DNA of 64,000 bases from NCBI GenBank assembly GCA_964594455.1, contig CAZQLY010000008.1:42-64041 (forward strand), written 5' to 3'. The notes under the pieces were generated by a model. The model did not search any database, was not told where the DNA came from, and was given only the letters and a program-made list of their open reading frames with translations. The stretch comes from an uncultured Gammaproteobacteria bacterium. Lineage in GTDB: Bacteria; Patescibacteriota; Patescibacteriia; JAHIZJ01. Positions within the stretch are counted from its first letter, which is position 1. Every line of letters starts with the position of its first letter. A program made the position numbers and the translations under genes. Below, piece by piece: positions 30,750-39,868 of this stretch.

Positions 30750-31307
30750 CTAATTTCTCCAGTAACTAGTACCGGTCAACGAGGCCTTGATTATATTATC
30801 ACTTGTTGTTGAGTCCGAATTATCTTCGGCTGCGACATTGGATCTGCTAATGCTTAGTTGATCAAAATTCAAATAAAAGTCTAATTGTTCTAAGTCAGCT
30901 AAATATTGGATAATATTGTTATAGCTACCAGTGGGAGCCAAACTTATAGGATGTTCAAATAAATCGTTAGTATTATCTGGGAATTCAGAAATACTTATTT
31001 GTTCATTCACCTTATTTTCTTGAGCGATATCTTCTATAGTTGAAATAAATTCCAGCAGTTTTGATTTTTCTATAAAGTAACTAGCCAGCTCATTATCCTG
31101 CACAATCAAATCCGATTCATCGTGATCAAGCCCAGTTTTTACATTTTGTGTTTCTAGAGTAGCTAGATCGAGTCTTTTGTCATTAATTTCACCAAGGACG
31201 CCATCTACAGAGTCCATCAGCGGAAGTAACACAAACACCACCAAGCCAATGATTATCAGTAAGGATCCGATTATTGTAATAATGGGTTTATGACTCAGAA
31301 TCTTCAT
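30750..31307 (-). CDS. PilO-like type IV pilus assembly protein (N-terminal TM plus periplasmic domain)
   Basis: Size, topology and its position immediately after the pilN-like gene. Confidence 0.45.
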   Translation of the reverse strand: MKILSHKPIITIIGSLLIIIGLVVFVLLPLMDSVDGVLGEINDKRLDLATLETQNVKTGLDHDESDLIVQDNELASYFIEKSKLLEFISTIEDIAQENKVNEQISISEFPDNTNDLFEHPISLAPTGSYNNIIQYLADLEQLDFYLNFDQLSISRSNVAAEDNSDSTTSDNIIKASLTGTSYWRN

Positions 31308-31860
31308 CGTTTGTGGCCTTATTGTTCTTGAAATTTCCAGTTAACTGGAAAGTAATATCTTCTTTCTTAATTAGATTAGATATCGGTGAATTGATATTTT
31401 CCAAAAAGTTGAGCCGTTCTAATAATTCTTTGAAGTCTAGAAGATCGTCTCTGTTTTTTGCGAAGCCTTGAATATCAAATGTTTCATCGTCGCGGTTTAT
31501 CTGAATACTTTTTATCTGAATGTTGCTATTGGGAGTTTGCCCTAGTTGATAAAGCGTGTCAGACCACTCTATATACGACTCTTGGGTTTTAGTTAGCTGC
31601 AAACCCTTGTTGTTTATTTTTTTGATAATTTCTTCGACAGTTTCATTGCCTTGCGTGGCCAGCGACTCCGTCAGGTTCTCGATATCGTTTTCAATTGATT
31701 GCAGCTCTTGGATCAGCAGAACGCGTACGGCGACAGTAAGACAGATGCAAAACACACAGCTGAAAAGAAGTATCACTAAACCTTTTCTGACCTGCGAAAA
31801 ACTAACCTCGGTAGCCAGGTCTTTTTTCTTTTCTGGAGGTAAAAGGTTTAAGATTATCAT
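31288..31860 (-). CDS. pilN: Type IV pilus assembly protein PilN
   Basis: N-terminal ILNLLP motif characteristic of PilN, a single TM, coiled-coil region. Confidence 0.65.
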   Translation of the reverse strand: MIILNLLPPEKKKDLATEVSFSQVRKGLVILLFSCVFCICLTVAVRVLLIQELQSIENDIENLTESLATQGNETVEEIIKKINNKGLQLTKTQESYIEWSDTLYQLGQTPNSNIQIKSIQINRDDETFDIQGFAKNRDDLLDFKELLERLNFLENINSPISNLIKKEDITFQLTGNFKNNKATNDEDSES

Positions 31861-32939
31861 GATTGTTGATTTAACTCCTGAGAATTTCCGATTAAAGCTA
31901 GCCCGATTACTGTGGGGTGAGACAAGCGTTGGTTATTGGAAATTACTTTATTTTTGCTTAAGTGTTTGCAGTTTGCCCACGGATCGCCCAGCGCAACCTG
32001 AAGTTTGGTTTTGCTGCTTAATGATTTGGTAATATCTCGCAGATTGGCTCCTCCGCCCACCAAAAAAATTTGTTGTATTTGTTGGGCTGTTGGATAATGA
32101 GTTTGATAGTAATTTAGAATCTTTAGTATTTGTTTACTTAATTCATTGATTGATGGTTCCAGTATTTTTGGTATGGCCGCCCGGCCGCGGGTTGGGTCTA
32201 AGCCACAGAGTCTTTTGGCGTCTTCGGCCTGGTCGATAGATAATTTCAGTTTATCGGCAACTAGCTTAGTCATAGCTTGCCCTGAGATGTTTTTATTAGA
32301 CGCGCTCATTCTGACCATACCTCTATCAAATATTAAGAAACTGGTTCGATGAAGTCCTAGGTCTATCACCAAGGCTGATTGGGTAGCCTCATTTTGTTCA
32401 GCGATGACTGATTGGGCGATAGCGACTGATTCTATAACTAGGGCAATCGGGTCCAAACCAGCACTTTCTAGCACCGAAGTATAGGAATCGGCAATACTTT
32501 TAGGAATTGCGTTTATTAATACTTTCAGAGTGTCGCTGGCGGCTCCAGCCTTCAGAACCCGCCAATCTAGATATACTTCGTCTTTGGAATAAGGTATGTG
32601 CTGGGTAGCCTCCCATTCGACAGTTTCTTCCAGCTGTTGATTATCAACTCTAGGTACATCAATAACTTTGATAAAAGATTTGCGTTCAGGCAGAGACGCT
32701 ACTACGCGCTTAGAAGTGAAATGTCCGTACTTAGTTTTTGACATCAGCTTTTTTAGTGTATCGGCCAAGATCTTTGGTTGAAGAATCTCACCGTTTTTCA
32801 TCACACCTTCAGGTACGCTAATAGTAGAATAAGCCTCGAATGACGCGTTACGGCCTTGTTTTTTAAGTTTTATTGCCCGCAAAACCAAGTCACTGATATC
32901 AAGGCCGAAGGCTTTTTGATTGTTACGTATTAATCCCAT
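31857..32939 (-). CDS. pilM: Type IV pilus assembly protein PilM (actin-like ATPase fold)
   Basis: FGLDISDLVLRAIKL start and the actin-like fold layout. Confidence 0.75.
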   Translation of the reverse strand: MGLIRNNQKAFGLDISDLVLRAIKLKKQGRNASFEAYSTISVPEGVMKNGEILQPKILADTLKKLMSKTKYGHFTSKRVVASLPERKSFIKVIDVPRVDNQQLEETVEWEATQHIPYSKDEVYLDWRVLKAGAASDTLKVLINAIPKSIADSYTSVLESAGLDPIALVIESVAIAQSVIAEQNEATQSALVIDLGLHRTSFLIFDRGMVRMSASNKNISGQAMTKLVADKLKLSIDQAEDAKRLCGLDPTRGRAAIPKILEPSINELSKQILKILNYYQTHYPTAQQIQQIFLVGGGANLRDITKSLSSKTKLQVALGDPWANCKHLSKNKVISNNQRLSHPTVIGLALIGNSQELNQQS

Positions 32940-32994
32940 GCGCGATGTTCAAATATTGTATCAATATATTTATTTTATCAAGACAATCAATAAT

Positions 32995-34851
32995 TTAAAA
33001 GCTCTCTCCCTGGAAAAGTTCTTCCCATGAGATAAAAGTATATTCACCCGAGCTGGGAAATAGGGGCGGCGGGAAGTATAACAACAGGGGGTCATAAGTA
33101 GTTTCATTTATCTCGTAGCCTGATACTACGGGACAACTTTCACAACTCACCCAGCTAAAAGTCCAGATGGTGTTAGTGATGATAGCTCCATAAACTTCAA
33201 TCTTGCTTCTCAGATGATAAGGGGAATACCAATCAGGATAATAGTAACGGAAGACATGACCTTTCTGGGCGATCATAGCGGCGTCTATTTCCAGGACATC
33301 ATCTGATCTCAAGGGGATTAAAACATCTTTTTGGGCGATCAATCCCAGGACTGATTCGTCATGATGATCTGTGTCATAGGTAATATCATTTTGGATACGA
33401 ATACTAGTGTTTGTGGCTGGTACATCAGGGAAGCGAGCTGAGGCTAGCATTACTCTTCCATTTACTGTACCGTCAACCCAAACATCATCCTCTACAAAAA
33501 TTAACCCGTTTTCTGGAACATCATAACTCTGAACAAAAGTGTGATAGCGCCAGCTGTTAGCTTCTTGGACCCATTGATTGCCGTCGTAACCCCAGACCGC
33601 TGGCCAGAGCCCAGTAACTCGATAAACATCAAAGGTTTCTTCGCTATTAAAAGTTATATGATAGCCTAGGTTGCCAGAAGGCCCCAGATAAACACCATCA
33701 GCAATAGCCTGGTCCTTGATATTCGATAGATCCATTGTTATGGAATCAAAATCTATCGAATCGACAGGAAATTCCCAGTACATCGGGTCTTCGCCGGTGC
33801 CCCAAACTCCGGGCTTCTCTTCGTTGCTGCAGCCGTGTTCCGGACCGCAGATATATGTTTCCCTGGCTGAGGTCATGCGGGCGTTGCCCTCACCGTCCAT
33901 CCGGATACCTCCGTTGGAATGCACTTCACCGTGGATTTCCTCACTTTCACCGAACCAAATATTATTGTTTGTTAAATAGGCGAATCGAGCTAGTGAAGGT
34001 ATGCCGTATCTGACCGTGATTGTTCTTTTGACGTCAGGCTGAGCAACAGTCCAGGCGGTAGATCTGATCCGGACAATAGTTGACCCGGTTTCTGGAGGAG
34101 TTATTTCCAAAGAGTATTGCCCGATGACATCACCATAGGGGTCGGAGTAGCCATGTACATAGGGACCGTTTGTTTCCGTAGTAGAAAGGATGACCACATA
34201 CATGCTTTCAGCGCCGACAGCTCCGCTGGCCATATTTCCACCCAAGGCAACCTCTCCTTGGCTAAATGTTTTTTCATAAATATTCAACGTGTTTACGCCA
34301 ACATCGTTTACTTCAATTGAGTCTCCGGTAGCGGTAAACTCGTCATTAAGCCAATCAGGCAGGCTGGTTGCTCTATCGTCATAAGCGACATAGACTGAAG
34401 CCTCTCTATTCACTTGAAAAGTTAGAAAATTATTTTCAGTAGAATCTTTGTCATCATTAGCGGTTTTGATCCAAAGCAATCCTTGGTATTCGGCGGGTAT
34501 ATCAGTAAGTGTATAGGTTCTATCAACGTAATATTCGTCCCCAGTATTTAATTCCGCTGTTTCGTAATTGCCACGATTAATTGAGCTAGCAGTCAATTCT
34601 GGACCACTGTTTCCCGTTCCATCCTGATAATCTTCTAGATCATGAGCCAAATGCCAACGATAATAATTTGTACCCGCTTCTGCTATGGCCAGAGTTCTGC
34701 GCCAGGAAATTTCACGAACCCCTTGTTTATGCTGGGTGGTAATTAGTGTCAGAAGCCCGCCCATTATCATGAGAAAAACGCTGGTGAATACCAAAGCCAT
34801 AACTAAAATAGCGCCTGGTTTTGAATGGTTATTTTTATAAAAGGTAATCAT
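32995..34851 (-). CDS. Large PilX-like / pilus-associated exported protein (618 aa)
   Basis: N-terminal hydrophobic helix PGAILVMALVFTSVFLMIMGGLL resembles the PilX N-domain. It is embedded between minor pilin genes and pilM. Confidence 0.45.
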   Translation of the reverse strand: MITFYKNNHSKPGAILVMALVFTSVFLMIMGGLLTLITTQHKQGVREISWRRTLAIAEAGTNYYRWHLAHDLEDYQDGTGNSGPELTASSINRGNYETAELNTGDEYYVDRTYTLTDIPAEYQGLLWIKTANDDKDSTENNFLTFQVNREASVYVAYDDRATSLPDWLNDEFTATGDSIEVNDVGVNTLNIYEKTFSQGEVALGGNMASGAVGAESMYVVILSTTETNGPYVHGYSDPYGDVIGQYSLEITPPETGSTIVRIRSTAWTVAQPDVKRTITVRYGIPSLARFAYLTNNNIWFGESEEIHGEVHSNGGIRMDGEGNARMTSARETYICGPEHGCSNEEKPGVWGTGEDPMYWEFPVDSIDFDSITMDLSNIKDQAIADGVYLGPSGNLGYHITFNSEETFDVYRVTGLWPAVWGYDGNQWVQEANSWRYHTFVQSYDVPENGLIFVEDDVWVDGTVNGRVMLASARFPDVPATNTSIRIQNDITYDTDHHDESVLGLIAQKDVLIPLRSDDVLEIDAAMIAQKGHVFRYYYPDWYSPYHLRSKIEVYGAIITNTIWTFSWVSCESCPVVSGYEINETTYDPLLLYFPPPLFPSSGEYTFISWEELFQGESF

Positions 34852-35468
34852 TATAGATTATTCTTAAGATTACGTATTTGCACGTCTGATTGTATTTCAA
34901 TATTTTCTGGCGCTGTTTCGGGATTGACGTTTACTTTCAAATAAACATTTATTAATTTGGTTTCGATCAGACGAGTTGGGGTGGGTAAGGGATTATTGAT
35001 ATCATCACCGGGATAGTCTCCGTTGTAATATGTAAATATCGGTGCGGTGTCATTGCGAACGTATTCAGAAACAATAATAATCTGTTCTTGGGCTTCCGGG
35101 TATTCTATTGGATCACCAGTAGGCTCTACGGTCCCTTTTTTTAAATAATTATCCTCTAGAAAATATCTGATTCTTTCTGTGGCTAAGTCAGCGTCAACAT
35201 CGCTAAAAAATACTATTTCTTGGTCATCAGCCGAAGCTAAAATATAAGAGCCGTCATCACCAGCTGATGCCTCGCGCAACTCCTTAACCATAGTTTTTAA
35301 GCCACGCCGGGCGCTTTCTACTGCTTGATATTGTTCGGAGCTATAGCGATCTATCTCCGAACCTTGAACGTAGAAAATGTACAACATTGCTAAAGCCATG
35401 CTAAATACCGCCAATGAGATCATAGCTTCTATTAAAGATACCCCTTTTTGGTTTTTATGTTTGTCCAT
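34851..35468 (-). CDS. Prepilin-type minor pilin / pseudopilin
   Basis: N-terminal class III signal KGVSLIEAMISLAVFSMALAML. Confidence 0.7.
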   Translation of the reverse strand: MDKHKNQKGVSLIEAMISLAVFSMALAMLYIFYVQGSEIDRYSSEQYQAVESARRGLKTMVKELREASAGDDGSYILASADDQEIVFFSDVDADLATERIRYFLEDNYLKKGTVEPTGDPIEYPEAQEQIIIVSEYVRNDTAPIFTYYNGDYPGDDINNPLPTPTRLIETKLINVYLKVNVNPETAPENIEIQSDVQIRNLKNNL

Positions 35469-35471
35469 TAT

Positions 35472-36800
35472 CTATGACTCCGTCATAAATATTTCAACTG
35501 CGGTTGGTCCATCAACCATCATTTCCATGTCAAAATCCTGATAATCGGTAGCCGTAACTTCAATGTTGAAGTTTATATTATCCAAACTTGGAAAAAAAGT
35601 TTGCCCATAGCTAGTTGTATTTTGGGTTGCATCATAGGGTGGCGTGACGGAGAATAAGTGAACTTCGGCGTTTTCTATCAGATTTCCGGTTTGACCCCTT
35701 ACTGTTACTAACAGAGAATGATCGGTTTGAGGATCAAAATATACATCGACAGTTTGGGTAGCATCGGGTAATAGATTAATCGGTAGTGGGGGATTTGACC
35801 CAGCTATATCGTATCCTATAGTAATGTTGTCGATTATAAACTCATAACTGTCCCACTCCATATCGGAAAGGGTTAAGCTGCCGCTGACGTCTGTTGAGTG
35901 TACGACTTCGTATTTATAAATTGGTGCTTCAGATCCATCAGTACCAATGGTTTTTGAACCACGGAGGGTGAAGTCAATATTTCCTAGTGCTGATTCGTCC
36001 AGATTTTTTGTGTTGATGGTAAGGGTGCTAAGTAAGTCTATTGAGAAGCTGGCTTCAGTTACCACTCCTTCAAATATTGTTAATGGCGGGGGACTGGGAT
36101 TGGGGTTATTTACCAGATCAACCTCATAGGTTTGATCAGTACTATAACTCGCTTTGGTAACCGTAACGTCATAGGACTCCACCGCTGGTGGCATGCCTGG
36201 CAATATCAGCCTTCCGTTGGCTGTAGTTTGGGTATTGATATTAATGTTGGGAGTTATATCCGTGTTTTCAATATGAACATCGGCCATTGGTACCGGATCG
36301 CCATCGGCGTCAAATATAGTTAAAGAAAGCGTTCCGCCAGTCACATCCGTTTCAATTCCCTTGGGTGCTACATCAGTTATTAGAATAACTGGGTTGTCGT
36401 TTAGCATGGTAGGCCAGCTTACTTCAATCCGAACTCGTTTATAATCAGCGTTGAATAGGTCATTTGGTGACCCACCAGCCAAACCATCAAAAGGATCATC
36501 AACGTAGATGACGCTGGTTTCAATAGTATACTCGATTCTATTCATGGTCGTGATTTCGGTTTGAGGGATTGTGCCGGTCGGAACACCGCCTTCAGTCCCA
36601 ACGTCATCGTAAGTTAAATTACGTATCATCTCCATACGCTGGTTAGCTAAAGCACTGGCATCAAGCCGAGCCCTGTTGTCGCCTAAAACGCGAATACCAA
36701 AATTGAATAGAGTATAAAGTCCGATCATCACGAACGAAAATATAAACAAAGCTACAAAAACTTCTATTATGGTTATTCCTTTTTGATTGATTTTTTTCAT
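35472..36800 (-). CDS. Large prepilin-type minor pilin (442 aa)
   Basis: N-terminal KGITIIEVFVALFIFSFVMIGL prepilin cleavage/methylation motif. Confidence 0.7.
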   Translation of the reverse strand: MKKINQKGITIIEVFVALFIFSFVMIGLYTLFNFGIRVLGDNRARLDASALANQRMEMIRNLTYDDVGTEGGVPTGTIPQTEITTMNRIEYTIETSVIYVDDPFDGLAGGSPNDLFNADYKRVRIEVSWPTMLNDNPVILITDVAPKGIETDVTGGTLSLTIFDADGDPVPMADVHIENTDITPNININTQTTANGRLILPGMPPAVESYDVTVTKASYSTDQTYEVDLVNNPNPSPPPLTIFEGVVTEASFSIDLLSTLTINTKNLDESALGNIDFTLRGSKTIGTDGSEAPIYKYEVVHSTDVSGSLTLSDMEWDSYEFIIDNITIGYDIAGSNPPLPINLLPDATQTVDVYFDPQTDHSLLVTVRGQTGNLIENAEVHLFSVTPPYDATQNTTSYGQTFFPSLDNINFNIEVTATDYQDFDMEMMVDGPTAVEIFMTES

Positions 36801-36803
36801 GGA

Positions 36804-38018
36804 TTAAAAGGCCTCTACAACATTATACATAGGCATGATAATGGCAATAGCTACCAAGCCGACAGCTCCACCAAGGACTAACATTAGAATAGGTTCGATT
36901 ATTGTAGCTAAGTTAGACATGGTTTGATCGACGTCCTCTTCGTAAAAAACTGCTATTTCTTCCGAGATCGTATCAATCGTACCAGACTGTTCACCGACAT
37001 TGATAATCTGCGTTACCACGGGTGGAAAAAGCTCAGGATGTTTTTCTAATTCTGAAGTTACGGTGACGCCCTGTTTAACCTGATCGGCTATTTCCAGCAT
37101 AACGTCTTTATAATATACATTGCCCAGCGTCTTGGAAATGATTTTAAAGGCTTGAACGATTGGGATATCTGTCTTGAGCAAAGAGCTGAGAGTTCTAGCA
37201 AACCGGGCTAAGTTTATTTTTTTCACCATTTTCCCAAAAACTGGAGTCCGCAGTAGAATGGCATGATAAGCTCTCTGGCCTCGTTTCGTCTTGATAGTTC
37301 TCATGACAACAACCACTAACCCAACCACTGAACCTACAACGAGCAGGGCGTTTTTTGAAGCGAAATCACTGGTGGCTATAAGAATTTTTGTAGCCATAGG
37401 AAGCTCAACGGTAGTTTCGGAATAAAGAGCTGTGATTTTTGGGATGACGAATATAAACATCGCTATGCCAATACCGACCATGGCAATTAAGATTACTGCT
37501 GGATAGGTCAGGGCGCCTTTTACTTTTGAGACCAGGTTGTGGTCTTTTTTCATTTGAATGGTCAATCTTTTCAAAACCATTTCCAATTGGCCAGATACTT
37601 CTCCAGTTTCTATCATGCTGATAAAAATAGGGGAGAAAACTTTGGGATATACCCGCATGGCCGAAGCTAGCGTTTTTCCCTGCTCCACTTCATTACGAAG
37701 GTGCTCGATAATTTTTGAGAAATACGGATTGCGCGCTTGGAGGGCTAAAGTTTTCAAGGCCCGAGCGATGGAAAATCCGGTTCGAACCATGACCTCTAAA
37801 TTCTGAGTAAAGAACATACGGTCGACCAGCGAAACCCGGTTCATTTTATCAACCCAGGTGATTTTTTTGGTAACCTTCTTTTCAATAGGAGTAATCGAAA
37901 CTAAAGAAAAACCCTCCTTTTTTAATTTCTCTTCCAGCTCTTCTTTGCTTGAAGCTTGAGTTTTTTCTTTTTTAACTGTTCCGTTAGAAGTTTGTGCAGT
38001 ATAAAAGAATTCTGGCAT
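36804..38018 (-). CDS. pilC: Type IV pilus platform protein PilC (GspF family)
   Basis: Two GspF-type repeats with 3 TM segments. Confidence 0.85.
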   Translation of the reverse strand: MPEFFYTAQTSNGTVKKEKTQASSKEELEEKLKKEGFSLVSITPIEKKVTKKITWVDKMNRVSLVDRMFFTQNLEVMVRTGFSIARALKTLALQARNPYFSKIIEHLRNEVEQGKTLASAMRVYPKVFSPIFISMIETGEVSGQLEMVLKRLTIQMKKDHNLVSKVKGALTYPAVILIAMVGIGIAMFIFVIPKITALYSETTVELPMATKILIATSDFASKNALLVVGSVVGLVVVVMRTIKTKRGQRAYHAILLRTPVFGKMVKKINLARFARTLSSLLKTDIPIVQAFKIISKTLGNVYYKDVMLEIADQVKQGVTVTSELEKHPELFPPVVTQIINVGEQSGTIDTISEEIAVFYEEDVDQTMSNLATIIEPILMLVLGGAVGLVAIAIIMPMYNVVEAF

Positions 38019-38019
38019 A

Positions 38020-39753
38020 TTAATCCTTGGTTACGCGTAGTACTTCTTCTATGGTAGTAATACCCATTTTAGCTTTAATAAACCCATCTTCCAGCATTGT
38101 CAGCATGCCTTTTTCCCGAGCTTTTTTTAGCAGCTGTTCGCCGGAGGCGTTCCGGGTTATAAAATCAGCTATTTCATGATCTATTTCTAGAACCTCATAT
38201 ATTCCGATTCGTCCTTTATAACCGGTTTGGCCGCATTCCCGACAGCCTTTTCCGCGATAGAACAGAAGCGACTCGGGAACAATTTTTGAAGAGGAGATAG
38301 CCTCTTCAGATTCAAGAGTATGCAGAAGCTCTTGGAAGTTAATCTGTTTCTCCAGTTCTTTGATTGATTTTTTGTTGAGGTTATAACTGACAATACAGTT
38401 GGGACAGATTTTTCGTACCAGACGTTGAGCCATGACCAGGTTGGTTGTAGTAGCCACCAGGAATGACGGTATTTTCATTTCCATTAATCTGGGCAATGCT
38501 CCTACCGCGTCATTGGTATGCAGGGTGGATAGGACCAGGTGACCAGTCATAGCCGCGTTGGCTGCTATCTCAGCTGTTTCATGATCACGGATTTCTCCAA
38601 CCATAATTATGTTTGGGTCTTGACGGAGTAGGGCGCGGAGGCCGACCGAAAAAGTAAAACCTATTTTGGGGTTGACCTGACTCTGATTGACCCGAGGCAT
38701 ACGGTATTCAATAGGATCTTCTACTGTAGAAATATTTACACCCGGCTTATTTAAAATATTTAGTACGGTGTATAAGGTAGTGGTTTTTCCCGAACCGGTC
38801 GGACCGGTAACCAAGATCATTCCATGAGGCTTCTGGATATTCTTTTTTACCAGGTCGTAAGCCTTACTTAAGAAACCCAGTTGTTCCAGAGTCAGGATTT
38901 GGGCCGATTCATTTAAGAGACGCAGTACTATTTTTTCGCCATCATAGACTGGTATGATAGAAACACGAAAAGCCACTTTGTATTCGTCGGTGCTGACCTT
39001 GAAGCGCCCGTCTTGGGGCAGCCTGTGCTCGTCCAGCTTCAGGTTGGAAAGAATTTTTATTCTGGCAACAACTCCGGATTTGATTTTTTTAGGCAGAGTC
39101 ATCACTTCTCTCAGAATTCCATCAATACGATAGCGGACTATGACATCTTTTTCAGTTGGTTCAATATGTATGTCTGAAGCGCTTTCGTAGATAGCATACT
39201 CCAGCAATGTTTCCACGATGCGAATAATCGGTAAATCCTGAGCTAGCTTTTTTAAATCCTTTTGATCAGCCGGAGCTTCTTCCTTGTCGCTGGGTGAAGT
39301 TATCTCTTTGAACTTGGCCTTGATTCCTTTGTGATATTGCTTGAGCAGCTCTTTTAATGAGGTTGGCGTAGTAACATATATTTCCGGGGCGACGTTGGTT
39401 TTCTTTTTAATAAATTCAATTATCTCCAAATCAGAAGGATCGGTAGTAGCTAGTTTAATTGTTTCACCGTCTTGCTCAAAAGCTATTATCTGGTGAGCTT
39501 GGACGATATTCTCTGGAACTATTTGCAACAGGTCTTTGCGGACAGCTTTTCTTTTTAGGTCTACAAACTGAACTCCATAATGATTAGCGATATTTTCATA
39601 CAGTCCATTTTCAGAAAGAATCTTCTTTCTTATAAGATAATCAGCCAGCGATATGTTTTCGTTGGCTGCTTCGGTAATCGCTTTTTTTAATTCAGCTTCT
39701 GGAAGAATTTTGGATTTCAGGACGATTTGTTGTATTTGTTCTGGTTTTAGCAT
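38020..39753 (-). CDS. pilB: Type IV pilus assembly ATPase PilB (GspE family)
   Basis: N-terminal GSPII_E_N-like domain, Walker A VTGPTGSGKTTTLY, and a C-terminal tetracysteine CPNC...CRECGQTG. Confidence 0.9.
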   Translation of the reverse strand: MLKPEQIQQIVLKSKILPEAELKKAITEAANENISLADYLIRKKILSENGLYENIANHYGVQFVDLKRKAVRKDLLQIVPENIVQAHQIIAFEQDGETIKLATTDPSDLEIIEFIKKKTNVAPEIYVTTPTSLKELLKQYHKGIKAKFKEITSPSDKEEAPADQKDLKKLAQDLPIIRIVETLLEYAIYESASDIHIEPTEKDVIVRYRIDGILREVMTLPKKIKSGVVARIKILSNLKLDEHRLPQDGRFKVSTDEYKVAFRVSIIPVYDGEKIVLRLLNESAQILTLEQLGFLSKAYDLVKKNIQKPHGMILVTGPTGSGKTTTLYTVLNILNKPGVNISTVEDPIEYRMPRVNQSQVNPKIGFTFSVGLRALLRQDPNIIMVGEIRDHETAEIAANAAMTGHLVLSTLHTNDAVGALPRLMEMKIPSFLVATTTNLVMAQRLVRKICPNCIVSYNLNKKSIKELEKQINFQELLHTLESEEAISSSKIVPESLLFYRGKGCRECGQTGYKGRIGIYEVLEIDHEIADFITRNASGEQLLKKAREKGMLTMLEDGFIKAKMGITTIEEVLRVTKD

Positions 39754-39826
39754 TCGGTTTTTGTTATTTGCCTTTATATTATATCACAGATGAAATGATT
39801 CGTCAATTGAGATATGTATTTCTTAT

Positions 39827-39866
39827 AAAAAAAAGACGAAGTCAGCTGACCTCGTCTTTTCTCTGG
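39827..39866 (-). terminator. Rho-independent terminator downstream of the GT-C gene, separating it from pilB
   Basis: AAAAAAAAGACGAAGTCAGCTGACCTCGTCTTTTCTC on the plus strand. The minus strand shows a ~10-bp stem followed by U8. Confidence 0.75.
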
Positions 39867-39868
39867 TC

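Noticed and set aside
31556-32032. Plus-strand 158-aa ORF overlapping pilN/pilM
   Set aside because: Antisense to pilN/pilM, which have recognisable motifs; no independent support.
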